Assembly (NCBI GenBank): GCA_964016885.1
Contig: OZ024740.1
Coordinates: forward strand, 206,398,001 to 206,462,000
DNA from: Eledone cirrhosa
Taxonomy: Eukaryota
Direction: 5' to 3'
DNA: 64,000 nucleotides
In this document: piece after piece, positions 60,501 through 64,000 of the stretch
How the letters are laid out: each line of letters begins with the position of its first letter
How positions within the stretch are numbered: position 1 is the first letter of the stretch
Program-made: the position numbers and the translations under genes
Notes under the pieces: model-generated
Seen by the model: only the letters and a program-made list of their open reading frames with translations
Database searches by the model: none
Told to the model about the DNA's origin: nothing

Positions 60501-63068
60501 TTCTCCAGATGGTGTTGGTTGAGTTTCTATGTTGCAACTGTCTGGTTGCAAATTTTTAGCACTTTCATTTCCTAAATGATTTAATGTGCTCACATTGTTA
60601 TTCAAAATTGTAAGAGAATTATTAACTGTAGAAGATATGTAAGAGGTTTCACCAGGTATTATGCCTAAAGATCTCTCCTGTATTTTATTTACTTCAATTT
60701 CACAATTATCTCTAGAGGTAGGGAATGAGTCTTTTGTATGAGATGATGCTATATGTTGGTCTAAGCCAGCCTGATCTGTAAATGTCTCATTGCAAACTCG
60801 ACACTGACTGTTTTTAACAATAGCTGGACCAGAATTACTGTAATTTGTTTCATGATTGGGATTATTATGGTTACTGCTTTGGCTTAATAAATCAGGTAAA
60901 TTGTCGTGTGATAATATATGTGTTATGAAACTGTTGGGTTCTGAAAATTCACTTCCACACGTTGTACATTCAGTTAGAGACTGGAGTTTTTCAACTTGGT
61001 TGCCAGAATATACCTCATTCTTGTCGCACTTACTCTTTGTTTCAACAGTAGCTCCATTCTGATGAGTAAGCATATGCCGGTTTCTGTTGCATTTTTGACT
61101 GAATTTTTTGTCACAATATAGGCACTGAAATGGCATTTCACCTGTATGTGTCCTCATATGAACATCAAGGTGAGGAATTTGCTTGAAGCTTTTGTTGCAG
61201 TAGTCACATTTATAAGGCATCTCTCCAGTATGAACACGTCTGTGGACAGCTAATGATGAGCTGCTTTTAAAATCTTTATGACAGAACTCACAAACAGTAA
61301 CTCCCTTTTGAGGCTGGGCATGTCTCTGCCCTTCTATGTCAGTAGCAAACTCTTTTGTGCTTGGTTTACCAAAAAATGGTGAATGGTTCCGTGAAGAATT
61401 GGAATTTATGAGTTCACTTGAAGTTGATATGCATGTATTGTCATTACAGATTGTTTCATTAGAGAGTTTATTTCTAGAATTGTTATACTTATGGATGTTA
61501 GTCATCTCTGCTGCTCCACTCTCCACATTGCTGTTAGATTTGTTCACAGCCTCTGTATTGCTGCTATCATTCAACATAAATTGTTCTGTAGTCCTCTGAA
61601 AATGATAAGCTTCCACGTTTTGCTGGAATGAAGAACTGTGATTAGCTGTACATGTACAATCTCTGATGGGGCTCTGACAAAACACACATGTCGACAGGCT
61701 ACCTTTATCACTATAAACACTATCTACATCAGTATTAACTTGTTTATGGTTTATATTATTTTTTACTGCTTCAGAATCAAGCAAACTTTCAAACTCACAA
61801 CCATTGATACTGTTAGTGTGACACACTTCTCTGGTAGAGGGCAGTAGTGTATTTGTTTTACTTTCATCCCCTTCTTTGTTAAGAAAGTGAGTTCGCTCGT
61901 GGCGATTTTTATTGCCTATCTGTGAGAATGACTTATCACAATACTGACACTTAAATGGAGTTTCCTTACTATGGACCCTTAAATGGGCATCCAAATGTGC
62001 ACTCTGCTTGAATCTTTGGTTACAGATATGACAGGTATATGGGCTTTCTCCTGTATGGGTTCTGTAATGCACTTGTAAAGCTGATTTGCTGTTAAGAGTT
62101 TTGCTGCACAAGTGGCATGTATGAGATGCTTGTGGTGTCCGGTGTAGAATTAAATTATTAGATCTATTTTGATCCATTGTAACAGAAGATATCATAGCAG
62201 ATCCTCTTACATCAGAAACAGTCAAACTCTGAGATGCGTTAGGAATGCTGGAAGCATGATTTGGGGATGTGGTTGTGCTTGAGTCAAAGTTCATTCCAGA
62301 TATATTAGGGTTCTGCTCTGTGTTACCATTTAAATGGATTAACTCATGTCTGTTTCTGTTGTTCTTCTGGTTAAAAGATTTATTACAAAAATTACATTTG
62401 AATGGTGTTTCTCCTGTATGAATCCTCATATGGACATCTAAGTGGGCAGTCTGGCGAAAGTTCTTGCCACAAAACTCACAGGAGTAAGGAGATTCACCAG
62501 TGTGGCTGCGGCTATGAATCAACAAAGCTGAGTTTGTTTTAAATGTTTTCTGACAGAATTCACAGGAAAAATTCTGTGACATTTTCACAGTATTTATATT
62601 AGAATTATCTGTCAGTGATTGATAAGCTTTTTGAGGAAAATCTGTATTTAAAATGGCTTGTGAATTAGTATTTGTCATATTGGTGCACCTGTGTTGCATG
62701 AGGCTGCTTCTTTGTGAAAAGCTGCCACTACAGAATTCACATATAAATACTCCATTTGTAGAATTGTGAACAGAAAACATGTGTTGTTCCAAAGAAGAAT
62801 TACCATCAAATATTTTGCTACAGATTTCACATTTGTAAATATTCTGTGAATTCTGACGTGGTCTAAGGCTGTAACGTCCCTTTGTGTCAGATATCTGATT
62901 GATATTAAACGAACCATTATTACATGGTAGTGGCAACTGGTTCTCTTTGGAACTGGAGAACATCATTTTATCAAAAGAAGATTGGTTAGGCTTATAACTA
63001 AACCCTGAGCTGTCAGTAACATGCATGGACACCTCAGTAATGGGGCCATGTATGTTACTGATAAACAT
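54570..63068 (-). CDS. Large C2H2 zinc-finger protein, 2832 aa, about 46 fingers (9 three-finger clusters plus ~19 isolated C2H2/C2HC fingers), single coding exon
   Basis: Uninterrupted 8.5-kb ORF with CxxC-x12-HxxxH motifs and TGE(T/S/M/K)P(Y/F) linkers; in-frame TGA at 63078-63080 just upstream of the ATG; splice acceptor tctttttcttttgttttacag ending at 63136 on -. Confidence 0.95.
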   Translation of the reverse strand: MFISNIHGPITEVSMHVTDSSGFSYKPNQSSFDKMMFSSSKENQLPLPCNNGSFNINQISDTKGRYSLRPRQNSQNIYKCEICSKIFDGNSSLEQHMFSVHNSTNGVFICEFCSGSFSQRSSLMQHRCTNMTNTNSQAILNTDFPQKAYQSLTDNSNINTVKMSQNFSCEFCQKTFKTNSALLIHSRSHTGESPYSCEFCGKNFRQTAHLDVHMRIHTGETPFKCNFCNKSFNQKNNRNRHELIHLNGNTEQNPNISGMNFDSSTTTSPNHASSIPNASQSLTVSDVRGSAMISSVTMDQNRSNNLILHRTPQASHTCHLCSKTLNSKSALQVHYRTHTGESPYTCHICNQRFKQSAHLDAHLRVHSKETPFKCQYCDKSFSQIGNKNRHERTHFLNKEGDESKTNTLLPSTREVCHTNSINGCEFESLLDSEAVKNNINHKQVNTDVDSVYSDKGSLSTCVFCQSPIRDCTCTANHSSSFQQNVEAYHFQRTTEQFMLNDSSNTEAVNKSNSNVESGAAEMTNIHKYNNSRNKLSNETICNDNTCISTSSELINSNSSRNHSPFFGKPSTKEFATDIEGQRHAQPQKGVTVCEFCHKDFKSSSSLAVHRRVHTGEMPYKCDYCNKSFKQIPHLDVHMRTHTGEMPFQCLYCDKKFSQKCNRNRHMLTHQNGATVETKSKCDKNEVYSGNQVEKLQSLTECTTCGSEFSEPNSFITHILSHDNLPDLLSQSSNHNNPNHETNYSNSGPAIVKNSQCRVCNETFTDQAGLDQHIASSHTKDSFPTSRDNCEIEVNKIQERSLGIIPGETSYISSTVNNSLTILNNNVSTLNHLGNESAKNLQPDSCNIETQPTPSGELLYEGGYIENSQNKGSKTNNWIEAASLKTSEQGMPTGFVSNDITYPPDERLGTHDCQICNSKFTNYTSFMAHKSCHNNCMEMMKSQPASEEIIIISNNNNNFSEVDRGVFKCELCGKFFPDITSFHYHQQVKHLQEVATRNTFNLPRPSCNQLEDDNFEERANSFSSTSNSEGHLIRSNTNISNCNTKEDLADVNKIFNCKTCNSDFVSQQDLSEHKLCHNVSTNQSVKCNQDVTVALTPSNSSTATTTATTTEVMANQFNEQDTLLVSNGLNVCEFCKKDFRNHSALVIHRRIHTGEMPFQCEYCHRGFRQVAHLDVHLRTHTGETPYKCAYCSKQFSQNCNRIRHQRIHLQSQNLDGSYEQPAGQQTSNRIYNCEFCISKFSNYEEFLDHLNSHNIPCQQDGQSEEYKKKRKLPSVSQSFNSESETPKDWNCCERDLTGCNNKCKQCNIVNNGECDLQMAGNCNKPALNGCIQNCTVSDCENNSGYFVKNCSNSKKVIGNNECELCSVQFVNKDELDVHQVSHLLDQSSTMFSNRNTSQCQSSVNLMKDSVSQGQSVKICEFCEKTFNSTSALITHRRVHTGETPYKCSFCQKSFKQAAHRDVHMRIHTGETPYKCQYCDRSFSQNNNRLRHEKTHQLDNNTIIQSNQNSPRTELQKDIGGVSGSSEQNDTLCFRCPVCGALFENGLDFTEHQTVCFAANDKLVNDEDVDVSNCSVSLGLETDSFPNDDLQPISDLSTENDSNLKEVDKSTHSDKHVNQSKEVFFNCYSCRIKFRTESALNKHKRLCKGSSRQVPITTDDISPNSTTLSQDGTSHLALKINEPLKDKIHNATDLFSCNICGEEFTLASHFNCHMATHSEQKEFNDHTARQQKSRALSASLEESSLHMTVEEFGNCSDNEGLATPQPHCSGQLGDGEDSDNTAEVDDSDGLQRDSTKQPNFKYKKNSQILDFENLIKKEILVEDYENPIHHLKGNFIGKDNSKDTENPSGIDIAMEITSTCLSDGDRKEYFCDQCNIEFTNEEKLHQHRLSVHQESKENYEDVSVSEPPSTVCSQSECSLLIDQHICEFCEKGFNSSSALHVHRRIHTGESPYKCHHCNRRFKQNIHLNVHLRTHTGETPYHCQFCNKKFTQNSNRIRHQRMHFADITTVNSSAVMDNLAPPENNESLEPNSDSCNKDSSDDHEYLTNSKQQWKDKKPLHYNQHFEEKKSTVLNNIPIEYGLQNEPKIEASNSDVTGSIYVEDSQQTSVLKAEVDVGDDKQLSVNTNKQLAVKEDSPSCVDLSVSRGPKYYLRNSHFRCDFCPRQFRSKSALIIHRRVHTGEKPYQCTYCLKSFKQVAHLETHSRIHTGETPFKCSYCRRSFSQKSNCDRHHRIHLARKKRMKARARAAAKTVHLCTICDGRFANASSLSKHKCSKMISLEEVEDSTNNMLSSIPYSCNICGKNYINKGYFERHKQSHTLNNISDKDTTSVTEKAVYLCEICQQNFTDRTQYTEHVFQHISETTGDQEASSYTSTDDVPVDHIREVCYLCEQCKKEFYNKDDFYSHSCSSNLECSSEEKSEEQDSKNFDNSWNDEIFSSTLLDQDLSQEADESGLLEQNGNNSGLNVCEFCNKTFKSLSSLLIHRRVHTGETPFKCPYCKRQFKQTAHLDVHLRTHTGETPFKCQFCDKSFTQNSNKNRHERVHLSSETEAHLELSNSRILSKPSVNSAVTSSEEPCQSYCCDICFAVFSTEKELAEHTQTHQDTSYDLGTTLLDINQNSNKRHHQDEPSKNNQNQVPHRKLKRLSDIKRRCLMEVKGLLSNEQELKQAFNESKHDDQTNTPENFGESIPCHQCEICEKIFQTNEALVEHKFSEHMTLVSNLDIDDCSSKQAISQKTVSANFDNGLQKHVCDYCNKDCKSFSSLLTHRRVHTGETPYKCSYCERSFKQSAHLDVHMRTHTGETPYKCMFCDKAFSQNSNKNRHERLHLIQTATAT

Positions 63069-63304
63069 AACATCAGATCAGGATTAGTCCAACCTAATTA
63101 AGCTACATCAGGAATGGTCACAATTGCAGGAAAATCTGTAAAACAAAAGAAAAAGATAATCAATAAATTAGAAAGCAAAAATTCCATTTCAGTTACTTTC
63201 TTCTGCTTTGAAACATTTTAATAATAATGATGAGGAGGAGGAGGAGGAAGGAAAGCCTTAATACTTTTATCTGTATAATCAGACTAGATATAAGTATAGT
63301 GGAA

Positions 63305-63815
63305 GGATGTGGCCTATGGTTAATGTATTCAGTTCAAGGACATAAATATGTTGGTCCAATTCTTGGACTGGACAACCTCTTGTGACTTTGATCAAGACAA
63401 TTCATTTCATATTACTTCAGTCCACTCAGCTGAAATAGATAAAAACTGAGTACCAACAGCAACTAGGGGTTAACTCAACAAAGGACTGATATTTTGTCCA
63501 GAGGAAGTCTTGTGCTTTCAGATGCTTAATGTAAATGAAAACAGGATACACAAGTACACACACACATATATATATGGGCTCCATAAGCCATAATGAAGGA
63601 AACCAATCTAGACACTCCATATAATAACTGATACAGGGTGGAGAGGACTCTGGAGCCCAGTTAGACAACCTCAGTAGTGCTGGTGGCACGAATAATGCAC
63701 CCAATCCAAACTGTAAAGTGGTTGGGGATAGGAAGGGCAACTAGCCAGAAAAAGCCTGCCCAAAATATGAAAAGCAGTCCAACTCCTGCAAGAGTGGAAA
63801 AGAAGACATAAAAAT
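63305..63815 (+). mobile_element. Degenerate tRNA/CORE-like SINE head (63305-63455) and SINE/RTE tail (63660-63815) in the ZNF intron
   Basis: gtggcctatggttaa...ctttgatcaagaca...ccactcagctg; ctgtaaagtggttggggataggaagggc. Confidence 0.55.
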
Positions 63816-64000
63816 GATATATAACTGTATCAATAGCAACTTCCTTCAATTGACAAAAGGTGTATACATCCTGCTAAAAGGTGAGAGCCCTGAGAGATGT
63901 GAAGAAGAAACAAAGACTAACCAAACACACTAAGGTAACATTTACTACACACATCTGATATACAAGTACACTATATATACCAATCAGAACCATAAATGAG

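Noticed and set aside
54701-62917. Short alternative-frame and antisense ORFs overlapping the ZNF gene
   Set aside because: Shadow ORFs of a long repetitive CDS with no independent support.

Overview
Eukaryotic, AT-rich, repeat-dense genomic DNA. The SINE/RTE/microsatellite landscape and the large C2H2 gene suggest an octopus-like cephalopod (inference, not proven). Positions 1-21290 are a G-rich 42-bp satellite (with a 38-bp variant) showing kb-scale higher-order duplications and two identical RTE-LINE 3'-end insertions. Main observation: the monomer reads SSIITNCDSGKGDG on the + strand, and the last monomer runs directly into a degenerate RTE reverse-transcriptase sequence (GKG-YALERRNY...DQVMKVT...FGFVPGRRTTDALFIMRQLQEK), so the array appears to have amplified from 14 codons of LINE RT coding sequence. 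A TE-rich spacer follows, with SINEs, hAT MITEs, a Penelope GIY-YIG fragment and two minimal hammerhead-like motifs. Next is an 11-coding-exon CtIP/RBBP8 gene on + (31816-46713, 703 aa assembled by hand with consistent splice phases), then a 5'-truncated CR1-clade LINE on -. The window ends with a convergent 2832-aa single-coding-exon C2H2 zinc-finger gene on -, built from nine copies of one three-finger module plus about 19 isolated fingers. No CRISPR, rRNA or bona fide tRNA genes were seen.
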